NCBI GenBank assembly: GCA_963802945.1 | Contig: CAWDKY010000030.1 | Location: forward strand, 128,001 to 192,000 | Reading direction: 5' to 3' | DNA: 64,000 nt | DNA from: an uncultured delta proteobacterium | GTDB taxonomy: Bacteria > Desulfobacterota > RBG-13-43-22 | In this document: in pieces, positions 21,920-31,033 of the stretch | Numbering within the stretch: the first letter of the stretch is position 1 | How the letters are laid out: each line of letters opens with the position of its first letter | Position numbers and translations under genes: made by a program | Notes under the pieces: generated by a model | Told to the model about the DNA's origin: nothing | Databases searched by the model: none | What the model saw: the letters and a program-made list of their open reading frames with translations, nothing else

Positions 21920-23683
21920 TTAAAGTTTTTTATCCTCTTTCTGTTTCCTCAAAGCCCGATTATAAACAACAATAATACTCCTTCGGGTGATCAACCCAAT
22001 TAAGTGACGAGGGTTGCCTCGCTCAACCACTGGGATTCGTCCGATATCTCTTTCCCCTATTTTCTCCAAGGCGGCCCTTAGACTTTCATCGGGATAAGAG
22101 ACAATTATCTCTTTGGTCATAATTTCTTTTACCGGAATTTTGGGATTACCGGAAACGAAGGCTTTAGTGATATCTTGATGAGTCACTACCCCCACTAAAT
22201 TACCTTTAAGATCAACAACAGGAAATCCTACATGATGAGTAGATTGGATCATCCGTATGGCATCTGTGACAGAAGTAGTTTCATCCATGGTGTTTAAATT
22301 CTTAAACATGGCTTCAGAAACCTTTATTCTATCCATTAAGTCCAGACCTTGAATATTTTGGAAATCGATCCCTCTTCTTCTCAGCTTCAAGGTATAAATG
22401 GAATCTTTTGTAAATTCCCTGACTACTACTGTGGAGGTGATACAAGTAATCATTAGAGGCAGGATGATCTTATAATCCCCGGTCATTTCAAATAAGATGA
22501 GGATGGCGGAAACCGGGGCATGAGCGGCCCCAGCAAAAACCGCTCCCATTCCCACTAACGCGCAGGCCCCTGGAGGAATAGCAATAGTAGGGAGCAACAG
22601 TTGAGTAAGCTTACCAAAAACTTCCCCTAACATAGCACCAATAAACAAGGAAGGAGCAAAAACTCCTCCGGACCCCCCTGAACCCAGGGTTACCGAGGTA
22701 GCCACAATTTTTGCCAGGACGAGAATAATGACTACCAGCGCAGAAATTTTTCCATATAAAGCTAATTCTATGGATTCATACCCCACTCCGAAGACCTGAG
22801 GGAAATAGAGTCCGATTAACCCGATCATCAATCCACCAATAGCAGGTTTTGTGTATTCAGGGAGCTTCCAGAAGTCAAAGATATCCTCGCATTTATAGAG
22901 TATTTTAATAAAGAGTAGCGCAGTTAAGGCAGCCAAAAACCCAAAGATAAAATAAAGCGGAATCTCCCAGGCACTTAACAACTGATAGGCCGGAGTCAAA
23001 AATGCAGGATGATCTCCCAGAAAATGTCTGGAGATTACCGTAGCCGTTACCGAGGAGAGGACGACCGCGGAAAAGAATCTGATACCATACTCCCCTAAAA
23101 TAACCTCTAAGGCAAAAAAAATTCCAGCCAGAGGGGCATTAAAAGTTGAAGCAATTCCCCCTGCTGCCCCACAGGCGACCAAAATCCTGACTTTCTCTTC
23201 AGGGAGTTTAAATAACTGCCCTAAGCCTGAACCTAAAGCAGAACCAATTTGAACGATAGGACCTTCTCGACCTGCAGAACCTCCAGAACCAATGCAGATT
23301 GATGAAACTAACGCTTTAATCGCCGCCACCCTTAACCTGATCCTGCCTCCTGAAGCGGCCACTGCCAACATAACCTCTGGGACCCCGTGTCCCTTAGTCT
23401 CTTTGGCATAACGATTGATTATAGGTCCAATAATTATACCTCCCAAGGCCGGGATAAGGATGACATAGTAGGCCCCCATAAATCGGAGAAGATGATGCCC
23501 TTGATCAAAGAAAAGGATAGTGAAATTCTTTATCAGCCAACGGAAGATAATTGCTCCGAAACCCGATCCAATTCCTACTACCACAGAAAAGACTAATAGA
23601 AATATTGCTTCAGAGGTTCGAAGAAAGGGTATTAGTCCTAAAATTTTTTCTTTAATTTTCAGTTGGCCTATTGTTAATTCCAT
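21920..23683 (-). CDS. ClC chloride/proton transporter with CBS pair
   Basis: GHGVPEV, GREGP, FNAPLAG, GGVFAPSL and C-terminal CBS domains. Confidence 0.92.
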   Translation of the reverse strand: MELTIGQLKIKEKILGLIPFLRTSEAIFLLVFSVVVGIGSGFGAIIFRWLIKNFTILFFDQGHHLLRFMGAYYVILIPALGGIIIGPIINRYAKETKGHGVPEVMLAVAASGGRIRLRVAAIKALVSSICIGSGGSAGREGPIVQIGSALGSGLGQLFKLPEEKVRILVACGAAGGIASTFNAPLAGIFFALEVILGEYGIRFFSAVVLSSVTATVISRHFLGDHPAFLTPAYQLLSAWEIPLYFIFGFLAALTALLFIKILYKCEDIFDFWKLPEYTKPAIGGLMIGLIGLYFPQVFGVGYESIELALYGKISALVVIILVLAKIVATSVTLGSGGSGGVFAPSLFIGAMLGEVFGKLTQLLLPTIAIPPGACALVGMGAVFAGAAHAPVSAILILFEMTGDYKIILPLMITCITSTVVVREFTKDSIYTLKLRRRGIDFQNIQGLDLMDRIKVSEAMFKNLNTMDETTSVTDAIRMIQSTHHVGFPVVDLKGNLVGVVTHQDITKAFVSGNPKIPVKEIMTKEIIVSYPDESLRAALEKIGERDIGRIPVVERGNPRHLIGLITRRSIIVVYNRALRKQKEDKKL

Positions 23684-23919
23684 CCCTATATCCTGTCGAT
23701 AAATATAAAATTTTTGCTATAGTACGGCATTAGGAGAAAATATATGTTTATACCATGAGGAATTATATCCTTGGGGTGGGACCATTCATTTGGGGATGTC
23801 CGCCATCGATTAGTGTTAGAAATCTTGCCTGGCGGGCTAAAATTCAAAAATAAGATTTCATGAAGAACCCGTCAAACCATCTCGAAAATTGCCTCACTGC
23901 ACTGAATTCTTCGATCACA

Positions 23920-24034
23920 GTTGAATAGGGAGCTGGCGCCGGTCTGTTGCCGCTTATGAACTTTTGAGGCACGCCTCTATTAGAGCTATAGCGGGCAGAG
24001 GTTTCCAACTCCCCCTCGTCAAACCGTATGTAAG
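23920..24034 (-). mobile_element. Group II intron 3' remnant (3' half of domain V plus domain VI)
   Basis: Minus strand reads cttacatacggtttgacgagggggagttggaaacc...ggcgccagctccctattcaac, matching the DV/DVI 3' consensus ending in AC. Confidence 0.7.
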
Positions 24035-24240
24035 GAATGAGACCATCCTTATTTTTTTAACAAAGCCACCGGGAAAGGTTATTAAAATAGCCCTAATAAT
24101 GGACCATTTGTTTATTTTTGAATCAACGTCGCCTCTAATTAGTAAGAGTCAAGAATAGAGTTGACCCCTTTCCTCTAGATATGGTGGCTTCAGATCATAG
24201 ATTATTCTAATTAGTCCCCCACCATTGGTTTTTTACTTGG

Positions 24241-25674
24241 CTAATCTCCCGCGGGATTTTTTCCTTTACATCTTTCCAGTTTCGGGTCCATCCAGGGAAG
24301 GACTTTTTCCGCCGGTACCAAGTACGTGGGGCCCCACCAGGAACATTTATCCGTCCACTTATAAGGCGGAATATTCATGGCCACCTTTTGTTGATCGGGT
24401 GGGACATATTCGATGATATAAGTATCCTGAATCGTATTGTGATCGCAGGGCCGCATTTTATTGACATGGCCGTCTACGTATTGGTAGGTGTCCCCCTCCC
24501 AGACCTTGATGATCTTTTCGGGATCCGTACTTTTAGCCCTTTCGATGACGCTCAAAAGCCAATAAAACTCCATGGTTAAAGCATCCCACCCCTGCGAGTA
24601 AACCAAATGATTATAAGGTGCTTTGAATCTTTTATACGCGTCCGTCCAAATTTTATGGTATTTAATCTGCTCCGGTGTTTTGAAGAACGGAGTGGTGGGC
24701 CCATAAGGGGTGGCCAACTGCAAGCCTTTGGTAGCCTCAACTCCCAGGTCGGCCATGGTAGCGTAGTTAGTTATGTAAATGTGGGCAAAAGGAAGGTTGA
24801 GCCCCATTGCTCTGGATTGTTTGACCAGATTGGTGGCATCAGGATCCCAATCCCCGGTGTAAATGACCTCGGCTCCGGAGGCCTTTATCTTGGAAATATA
24901 AGGGGCATAGTCGGTCGCGAACAGCTTATGAAAATCCTCGCCGACGACCTGGGCCTCAGGATAGTATTCCTTTAACCCTTTTTTGAAGTTTTCAGCCATG
25001 TCATGGCCAAACGAGTAGTCCTGGCAGAGGATGTAGAACTTTTTTTCTTTTTTCCTGATCTTGCCGTAAAAATAGGCGAAAGAACGGCCAACCTGTGAAG
25101 TCTGCCACCAGGTCATAAAGGCATAGCGGGAAAAATTTTGGGCATCCTGGAGTTCTTCAGTTAAGGAAATAAAGTTCACGGAAATGATCTTATATTTATC
25201 GGCCGTTTGGTTCATGACTTTCACAAATTGGCTGCCGTCGGCCCCCCAAAGGAATTTGACCCCTTCCTGCAGAACCATCTGTTCACAAATCTTCTTGGCC
25301 TGGTCGGGCCTCGACATCGTATCGGCCTTGAAGAGCTGAATCAGCTTCTTTTTGCCGTCAACCATGATCCCGCCCCTCTTGTTGTAATCGTGGGCTGCCC
25401 AGTTGGCTTCGAGCCAGTAACCTTCACCATTCCCCGCGGCCGGACCGGAAAAGGCACCCACCACAGCGATCTTGATGGTGTCCCCGGTGGGGATCACCGG
25501 GTTGCTGGGATCGAAGTCTGACATGTCAGCCATTTTGTTGACCTCAAATCTGGCTTTCACCGCCGGCGCTTTGGCTTTCTCCGCCGCCATACCCAGGGTC
25601 GGACTCAGGGCTGTTACCAGGAAGAAAAAAGAAAAAACACAGAGAAACATTAAAATTCCTTTACCCTTTTTCAT
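24241..25674 (-). CDS. Branched-chain amino acid (LivK-type) ABC substrate-binding protein, orphan
   Basis: Signal peptide, IKIAVVGAFSGPAA, QDYSFG, DYAPYISKIKASGAE. Confidence 0.8.
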   Translation of the reverse strand: MKKGKGILMFLCVFSFFFLVTALSPTLGMAAEKAKAPAVKARFEVNKMADMSDFDPSNPVIPTGDTIKIAVVGAFSGPAAGNGEGYWLEANWAAHDYNKRGGIMVDGKKKLIQLFKADTMSRPDQAKKICEQMVLQEGVKFLWGADGSQFVKVMNQTADKYKIISVNFISLTEELQDAQNFSRYAFMTWWQTSQVGRSFAYFYGKIRKKEKKFYILCQDYSFGHDMAENFKKGLKEYYPEAQVVGEDFHKLFATDYAPYISKIKASGAEVIYTGDWDPDATNLVKQSRAMGLNLPFAHIYITNYATMADLGVEATKGLQLATPYGPTTPFFKTPEQIKYHKIWTDAYKRFKAPYNHLVYSQGWDALTMEFYWLLSVIERAKSTDPEKIIKVWEGDTYQYVDGHVNKMRPCDHNTIQDTYIIEYVPPDQQKVAMNIPPYKWTDKCSWWGPTYLVPAEKVLPWMDPKLERCKGKNPAGD

Positions 25675-25942
25675 TTTAAACCTCCTTAAAAAATTAAGAT
25701 GTTAAAAGCAAAACGTCTACTCCTGAAACAACCTCATCTATTTTTTTCTGGCAAGAACCCTCCTTTCCTTATGGCCTCCAAACTTAGGACAACGTGGTCC
25801 GAATCCCTGCAATGTCTGAAATGAATGGTTCGGTACAATGTATATTAGAAATAATTCCCTCTTTTTTGGACCGAGGCATTGCTTTTCTCTGTGCTTCTCT
25901 AAAAAGAGCTTCGAATTACGTCAAGCCTTCTTATTGATATAA

Positions 25943-26473
25943 CTATTCAACCTTTTCCGACAGAGTTAATGTCTCGCGTTTAAGTGGAGAGGGAACATAG
26001 ACAAGATTGATTTCTATCTTTCCCAGGGCCTTTTCTTTAATAGCGGTTTTAGGGATCGTGACGTCTAAAGACCCATCGGTACTTTCTCCCGGCTGAAGGG
26101 CCTTCCAAAAGGGATTAACCTTCACTATTTTCTCTCCGGAACTGAAAGGAATTATATTCCCAGCTTCATTAAAGTATTCGAGAGTAACCGCTTGGATGTC
26201 CAAAACCTCCTTCGATTTGTTGGTGATCTTGATGTTGCCCTTGAGACTCGGTGTCTCGACGACCTCTTTAGAAGCCGTGTCAACAGTCATCGCCACTGTA
26301 AGATCGCTGAGCTCCACTGAAAAATTTTCACTCTTAACCTCTGCCTTTGGATGAACCAAATTTTTGATGACTTGTTCCTGTTTGGGAGCTTCTACTTTCT
26401 GTTCCTTCTTGCAACCCAAAAAACCAACGGCCAGACATAAAGTTAATAATATGACAATTTTTGTAAAACGCAT
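25943..26473 (-). CDS. Hypothetical lipoprotein
   Basis: Lipobox FLGC and a GGGAGG RBS. Confidence 0.65.
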   Translation of the reverse strand: MRFTKIVILLTLCLAVGFLGCKKEQKVEAPKQEQVIKNLVHPKAEVKSENFSVELSDLTVAMTVDTASKEVVETPSLKGNIKITNKSKEVLDIQAVTLEYFNEAGNIIPFSSGEKIVKVNPFWKALQPGESTDGSLDVTIPKTAIKEKALGKIEINLVYVPSPLKRETLTLSEKVE

Positions 26474-26854
26474 TTACTGCCTCCCTTTCTTGGTTCGTGG
26501 TTATCAGTAAGATAAGACCATTAAACCCGGTGTACTCTTCCATCCGGCTTTTCCTTCTCTCGAACGTGTCTTCTTCACTTTCCCCAATCGTCTCACCATC
26601 AGATAGTGCTCTCAAAAACGTCCAAAACACTCAAAGCCAGGCTGAACGGAATTATTTTGAGGTTCTAATAAATATTACAGGCGTTTTTATATTTTTTCTG
26701 AAATTCAGGAGTGTTAGGTTTGGGTGGGGGTCTCTGATTGGTTTGACAAAAGCCCACCTGTCCTAAAATCTTGTTGATTTTTTGGATGGGTGCTGTATTT
26801 GTTATTGAATAACCGAACGGAGGACTCATTGACTCAATATCTAAAAATTATTAC

Positions 26855-27403
26855 TCATTTTTTATTAGGGTCCCCTTGCCGAAAGGGTGCGATCTTTGTT
26901 TGCTTAGCTCTTTTTTCTCGCTTGAGAGGGAGGCTTACTTCCTGAGACAAAATAAGATGAGGGAGAGTGCCCTCGGCGCCCAGAATCGAAACCAACCGTT
27001 TCAGCCCTTTATTAACTTCCCTAAGTCCGTTTAGCGGTGTTTTTTCCAACCCCATGACCAATAAACCCTGAGCCACTTCCGGGGCGGCGGCCACCAGATT
27101 TTTCCCTTTGAGGGTCAATTCCACCCAGACAACCCGACGGTCTTCCTTCGACCTGGTCCTCTTTATTAGGCCATGAGACTCAAGTCGGGTGAGTACCCCG
27201 ACTACGGTTGCCGGGTGAAGATACATCCGACGGGCCAATTCGGAAACCATCATCGGAGCAGATTCTGCCAGGGATTTAATGGCCCAAAGCTGGGGGCTGG
27301 TCAGACCGGTAGTATGCTCAACCTTTTTAGAATATTCCTGAATAACCTGAAAGACTCTTCTTAAATTATCAATGGTATCGGCTATTAATTCCGATTGACC
27401 CAT
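26855..27403 (-). CDS. MarR family transcriptional regulator
   Basis: GLTSPQLWAI, ELARRMYLHPATVVGVLTRLE, DRRVVWVELT. Confidence 0.88.
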   Translation of the reverse strand: MGQSELIADTIDNLRRVFQVIQEYSKKVEHTTGLTSPQLWAIKSLAESAPMMVSELARRMYLHPATVVGVLTRLESHGLIKRTRSKEDRRVVWVELTLKGKNLVAAAPEVAQGLLVMGLEKTPLNGLREVNKGLKRLVSILGAEGTLPHLILSQEVSLPLKREKRAKQTKIAPFRQGDPNKK

Positions 27404-27426
27404 TTTCCACCTCAAGAAAAAAATCC

Positions 27427-27455
27427 TTGACATCGGTTTTTAAATATAATAATTT
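27427..27455 (+). promoter_or_regulatory. sigma70-like promoter of the lipoprotein gene
   Basis: TTGACA-N17-TAATTT, with a strong GGAGGTGA RBS downstream. Confidence 0.5.
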
Positions 27456-27530
27456 GTATACCAATCATTTCTACAGAAATCAATCTTTTTTTAGACTTTT
27501 TTAGCCCATCGGGAAAGGAGGTGAGCAAAA

Positions 27531-27860
27531 ATGATCTCAATAAAACAATTGATAAAGCTTATGGTGGCCCTGTCAGTCCTGTCTATTCTATGTGCTTTCA
27601 ATTCAGGATGTTCAACGACTCAAGCAGCGGTGGCGGCACCTGCAAAGGTTACCCCTGTTCCTGCTGCCGCACCTGCCCCGGCCGTAGATGTTAAAAAATG
27701 TGAATCGTTAATGAAGCGGATAGACTCGGCGGCAAGTTTGGCTGAAGCCGCGGCCAAGAAGGCTGAACTTTCAGCCCAAAAGGCGGAGATCGCTGCTGGT
27801 AAGGCCGAAAAGGCCGCTGAAAAGGTTGAGTCTATTTTTATGGAAAAAATGAAAAAGTAG
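27531..27860 (+). CDS. Lpp/OprI-like alanine-zipper lipoprotein
   Basis: Lipobox NSGC, Pro/Ala linker, Ala-rich heptads (AEAAAKKAELSAQKAEIAAGKAEKAA), ending IFMEKMKK. Confidence 0.7.
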   Translation: MISIKQLIKLMVALSVLSILCAFNSGCSTTQAAVAAPAKVTPVPAAAPAPAVDVKKCESLMKRIDSAASLAEAAAKKAELSAQKAEIAAGKAEKAAEKVESIFMEKMKK

Positions 27861-27888
27861 TAAACCTGTTTCCCTCACCTCCTCAGGT

Positions 27889-27920
27889 TGGCCGAGAGAC
27901 CGTTGATGGTTTCTCGGCCA
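27889..27920 (+). terminator. Terminator-like hairpin after the lipoprotein gene
   Basis: ggccgagagacc-gttgat-ggtttctcggcc. Confidence 0.6.
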
Positions 27921-28170
27921 TTCTATTATAAAGTTGGAAAAAATGAAAAAAAATAATGGGTAACCCTATTTCGGCTTAAGACGGTTAAAAAAGTGATTTT
28001 AAGAGCATTCAAATTCGGAGAAAAACACCAGACTAGTTCTCTAATTTATACCTCAGAATTCTTGAACGTTTTATGGACCTGTTACTTAGTGTCATGACCG
28101 GCTTTTTAGCATATTTAAGGCTGCTCAACTAGTTTAGATCTTATTTTTATTCCAAAAGGAGGACGGCACC

Positions 28171-28746
28171 ATGAATGCCAAACAAATCGTTTTTTGTACG
28201 TTGATCTTGTTATTTTTTATTTCCGGTCTTTTTCTTTTTTCTTGCAGTCACAAGGAAGTCAAAAACGAAGGGATTGTTTCCAAGCCACCGACTACCGTGG
28301 AGGATGAGGCGGAAAAGGCCAAGAAACGGGTACGTATTAAAGAACAGGAACTAAGGGAAAAGGCCCTAAGAGAAGAAGAGGCCAGACGTTTGAAAGCGGC
28401 GTCTGAAAAGGCCCTTTTCGAATCCGAGGATATTCATTTTGAATATGATCAGTATATCATATCGGATATGGACAAACAAAATTTAAATAAAAAAGCCCAC
28501 TGGTTAAAAGATTTCCCGGCGGCCAAAGCCTTGATCGAAGGCCACTGCGATGAAAGGGGTAGTGCCGAATATAACCTGGCCTTGGGTCAGAAAAGGGCCG
28601 ATGCGGCCATGAAATACCTAATTTCTCTGGGCATCAATGCCGACCGGATTTCAACGATCAGCTACGGCAAGGAAAAACCCCTGGATCCAGGGTCTAATGA
28701 GGCTGCCTGGGCCAAAAACCGCCGGGCTCATTTTGTCCTGAAATAA
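28171..28746 (+). CDS. pal: Peptidoglycan-associated lipoprotein Pal
   Basis: Lipobox LFSC, IHFEYD, IEGHCDERGSAEYNLALGQKRA, ISYGKEKP, NRRAHF. Confidence 0.92.
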   Translation: MNAKQIVFCTLILLFFISGLFLFSCSHKEVKNEGIVSKPPTTVEDEAEKAKKRVRIKEQELREKALREEEARRLKAASEKALFESEDIHFEYDQYIISDMDKQNLNKKAHWLKDFPAAKALIEGHCDERGSAEYNLALGQKRADAAMKYLISLGINADRISTISYGKEKPLDPGSNEAAWAKNRRAHFVLK

Positions 28747-28809
28747 ACTTCATTATTTTTATAAAAAAATGGAAAAGTAGTAAACCTGTTTCCCTCACCT
28801 CTAAAGATT

Positions 28810-28845
28810 GGCCGAGAAACCATCAGTGGTCTCTCGGCTTTTTTT
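28810..28845 (+). terminator. Rho-independent terminator after pal
   Basis: gccgagaaacc..ggtctctcggc followed by a T run. Confidence 0.7.
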
Positions 28846-28940
28846 ATAGTCCGGGGGAGCAGTCCTTTACCATATTATTCATAATTACTCCCATTTATCA
28901 GATTTATCTGAGGATCCTTTTTCAAGATGATATCGTTTTT

Positions 28941-29564
28941 CTATTTTCCCTTTTTTTCAGCTAAAAGATAAGCCTTAGCCAAGCCCGTATTGACGTGGAT
29001 CACCCCTTTATTCATATATTTCATGGGATAATCCCCGGTAATCTTTGGAAGCTTATCCGCCTGTTCCTGGTTATTGACCAAGGTACCTGCGGGGACATAA
29101 CGGGAAGGGGCCACCTTTATACCGATGAGCATCGCCCCCGGTTCAATCACACAGCCTTCTCCGACAAAGGAGCGAAAAACAAGGGCCTTCATGCCGACAA
29201 AGGTGTCATCCAGAACAACGGCCGGGCCGTGGACCAGTGACTGATGGGCCAGGGAAACGCGGCAGCCGACATACGCGGCGTATTTTTTACCTTTAATTTC
29301 ATATAGATTTTTCTCGACCGGACGACCGTCGGTTTCCGTCTCCAGGGCATGAATCACAACCCCATCCTGAACATTGGAATCATCGCCGATAAATAACGGC
29401 TGCCCTTCATCGCCTCTAATGGAGGCCATCGGTGAAACCATGATATGCTTCCCCAAGATCACATTTCCAATAACCGCTGCCAAAGGATGAACATAGGTGG
29501 TTTTGTCTATGACCGGTTTTACTGATTTGGCACTAAAATTGGTTTTTACATTTTTCCCAATCAC
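28941..29564 (-). CDS. Gamma-class carbonic anhydrase (Cam-like)
   Basis: ASIRGDEG, SNVQDGVVIHALE, SLAHQSLVHGP, VIHVN hexapeptide fold with Zn-binding His residues. Confidence 0.88.
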   Translation of the reverse strand: MIGKNVKTNFSAKSVKPVIDKTTYVHPLAAVIGNVILGKHIMVSPMASIRGDEGQPLFIGDDSNVQDGVVIHALETETDGRPVEKNLYEIKGKKYAAYVGCRVSLAHQSLVHGPAVVLDDTFVGMKALVFRSFVGEGCVIEPGAMLIGIKVAPSRYVPAGTLVNNQEQADKLPKITGDYPMKYMNKGVIHVNTGLAKAYLLAEKKGK

Positions 29565-29728
29565 TGATTGATCTCCCTTTAGTTCGAAAATAAAAACAAA
29601 GAACCCACAATCGAGGAGTCAGAATTCAAAATAAAATCACTTAATCCATGGATTCTAAGATTTATTTTCTTCCTTTGTGGTACCCCGGCGGGGCATGAGT
29701 ATTTAATATCTCTTTTTTGTGACTCCCT

Positions 29729-29771
29729 GAATAAAAAACCCCTCAGCTTTTAGGCTGAAGGGTTTTTATTC
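29729..29771 (-). terminator. Bidirectional terminator hairpin
   Basis: gaataaaaaacccctcagc-tttta-gctgaagggtttttattc. Confidence 0.7.
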
Positions 29772-29783
29772 GAGGCAATTTGT

Positions 29784-29922
29784 TTATGCTTTTTTGGGTG
29801 GCTTAATCAATACGAAAGCCAGTACAAGCCCCACCACCGCGAGCACCGCCGTTGGATAAAAGGCATAGGTGTATGTTCCGAACACCCCTTTGGCCTTACC
29901 GGAAATTCCCGCACTTGGGGTG
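29784..29922 (-). pseudogene. C-terminal remnant of an MFS (OFA-like) transporter
   Basis: Hand translation AGISGKAKGVFGTYTYAFYPTAVLAVVGLVLAFVLIKPPKKA*, resembling the last TM helix of an MFS transporter. Confidence 0.5.
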
Positions 29923-29950
29923 ATATATTCAAAACGAATTACTATTAAAG

Positions 29951-30514
29951 CTATTTCTGGCCTAGTGGCAAGACCACCCTGTTAAAGTTCTCATTGAGCA
30001 CCTGGGCCATGCCGCAGTAAATGGCCGAAAGGCCGCAGAAGATACCTTCGTAGCCGGTTAAGGCTGCCCAAGTCCCAGTCCAGCCAAAAGCATCACGCGC
30101 CGCAAGCATCCAGAACAGGATGGTTAGCGTCAAAAAGACCACCTGAAGCCCCCGGTTGGCCTTCCAGGTGCCGATCCACATTAAAAATGTGAACAGCCCC
30201 CACAAAAAGAGATAGCAGGCCATAAATCCCAACTGGGTTGCGGGCAAACCTAATTTCCCATTGAAATAAATAAGGAACACAAGCGTAAGCCAGAAGAGTC
30301 CGTAAGACGTGAAGGCGGTGGTACCAAAGGTATTGCCTTTTTTAAATTCCATACATCCCGCAATAACCTGGGCAATTCCTCCGTAGAAAATACCCATTGC
30401 CATAATAACTGCGCTAATCTCAAACAGCCCAGCATTATGAATGTTTAAAAGAACGGTAGTCATTCCAAATGCCGTTAAACCAAGCGGTGCCGGATTAGCT
30501 AGATTGTCAGCCAT
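29951..30514 (-). CDS. satP: SatP/YaaH (GPR1/FUN34) acetate uptake channel
   Basis: [42 protein letters not shown]. Confidence 0.92.
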   Translation of the reverse strand: MADNLANPAPLGLTAFGMTTVLLNIHNAGLFEISAVIMAMGIFYGGIAQVIAGCMEFKKGNTFGTTAFTSYGLFWLTLVFLIYFNGKLGLPATQLGFMACYLFLWGLFTFLMWIGTWKANRGLQVVFLTLTILFWMLAARDAFGWTGTWAALTGYEGIFCGLSAIYCGMAQVLNENFNRVVLPLGQK

Positions 30515-30689
30515 AAGAACCTCCTCGATTATTTTTTTTCTTTATATTAAAATTTGTTTTTTATGTCAACCAGAAAAATCAGAAACACGGAGATATAAAA
30601 TATTAAGATATTCCGAGGTCCATATTAGTTCTTATCAGGTTTTGGTCTCCCCCTTTTCTGAGGTATCGGAATTCTCGATAGTTTGTTTT

Positions 30690-30860
30690 CCAAACGACGG
30701 CAGCCATGCCGACAACAAACACAAAAATAATGAAAGCTAATTAGGTGCTTGCCTCCGCCCAACCATGGGTTGTCATTAAAGGTTTTTTAAAAACCGACCA
30801 AGCATAGACGGTTCCCAAACAAAGTTGCCTCACGACCGCCACGATAGGGAGTTAACGTCT
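30690..30860 (-). pseudogene. N-terminal remnant of an OFA (oxalate/formate antiporter family) MFS transporter
   Basis: Hand translation IVAVVRQLCLGTVYAWSVFKKPLMTTHGWAEAST*LAFIIFVFVVGMAA, carrying the OFA signature GxxYAWSVF. Confidence 0.7.
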
Positions 30861-30917
30861 TTAACTTTCCAGATTTTTGTTGGTTAGACTTTCCCCCTAT
30901 TTAAATGGATTTGTAGC

Positions 30918-31030
30918 TTAAGCGGCTTCCAGTTTAACCGCGCAAACTTTGTATTTGGGGATTTTCCCGGTCGGATCCAGAACCGAATTGGCCAACATAT
31001 TAACCGGGAAGTCCGCAAATAGGTATAAAA
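30918..31030 (-). pseudogene. fdhA: C-terminal scar of a formate dehydrogenase alpha subunit
   Basis: Hand translation FIP-/FADFPVNMLANSVLDPTGKIPKYKVCAVKLEAA*, matching the molybdopterin-binding C-terminal motif (..N.LT...LDP..KIPE.K.CAV). Confidence 0.7.
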
Positions 31031-31033
31031 AAT

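Noticed and set aside
23684-23900. Fluoride riboswitch upstream of ClC
   Set aside because: No GGNGAUGNNNUCNCC-type core seen, and the ClC has the GREGP motif rather than a fluoride-type signature.
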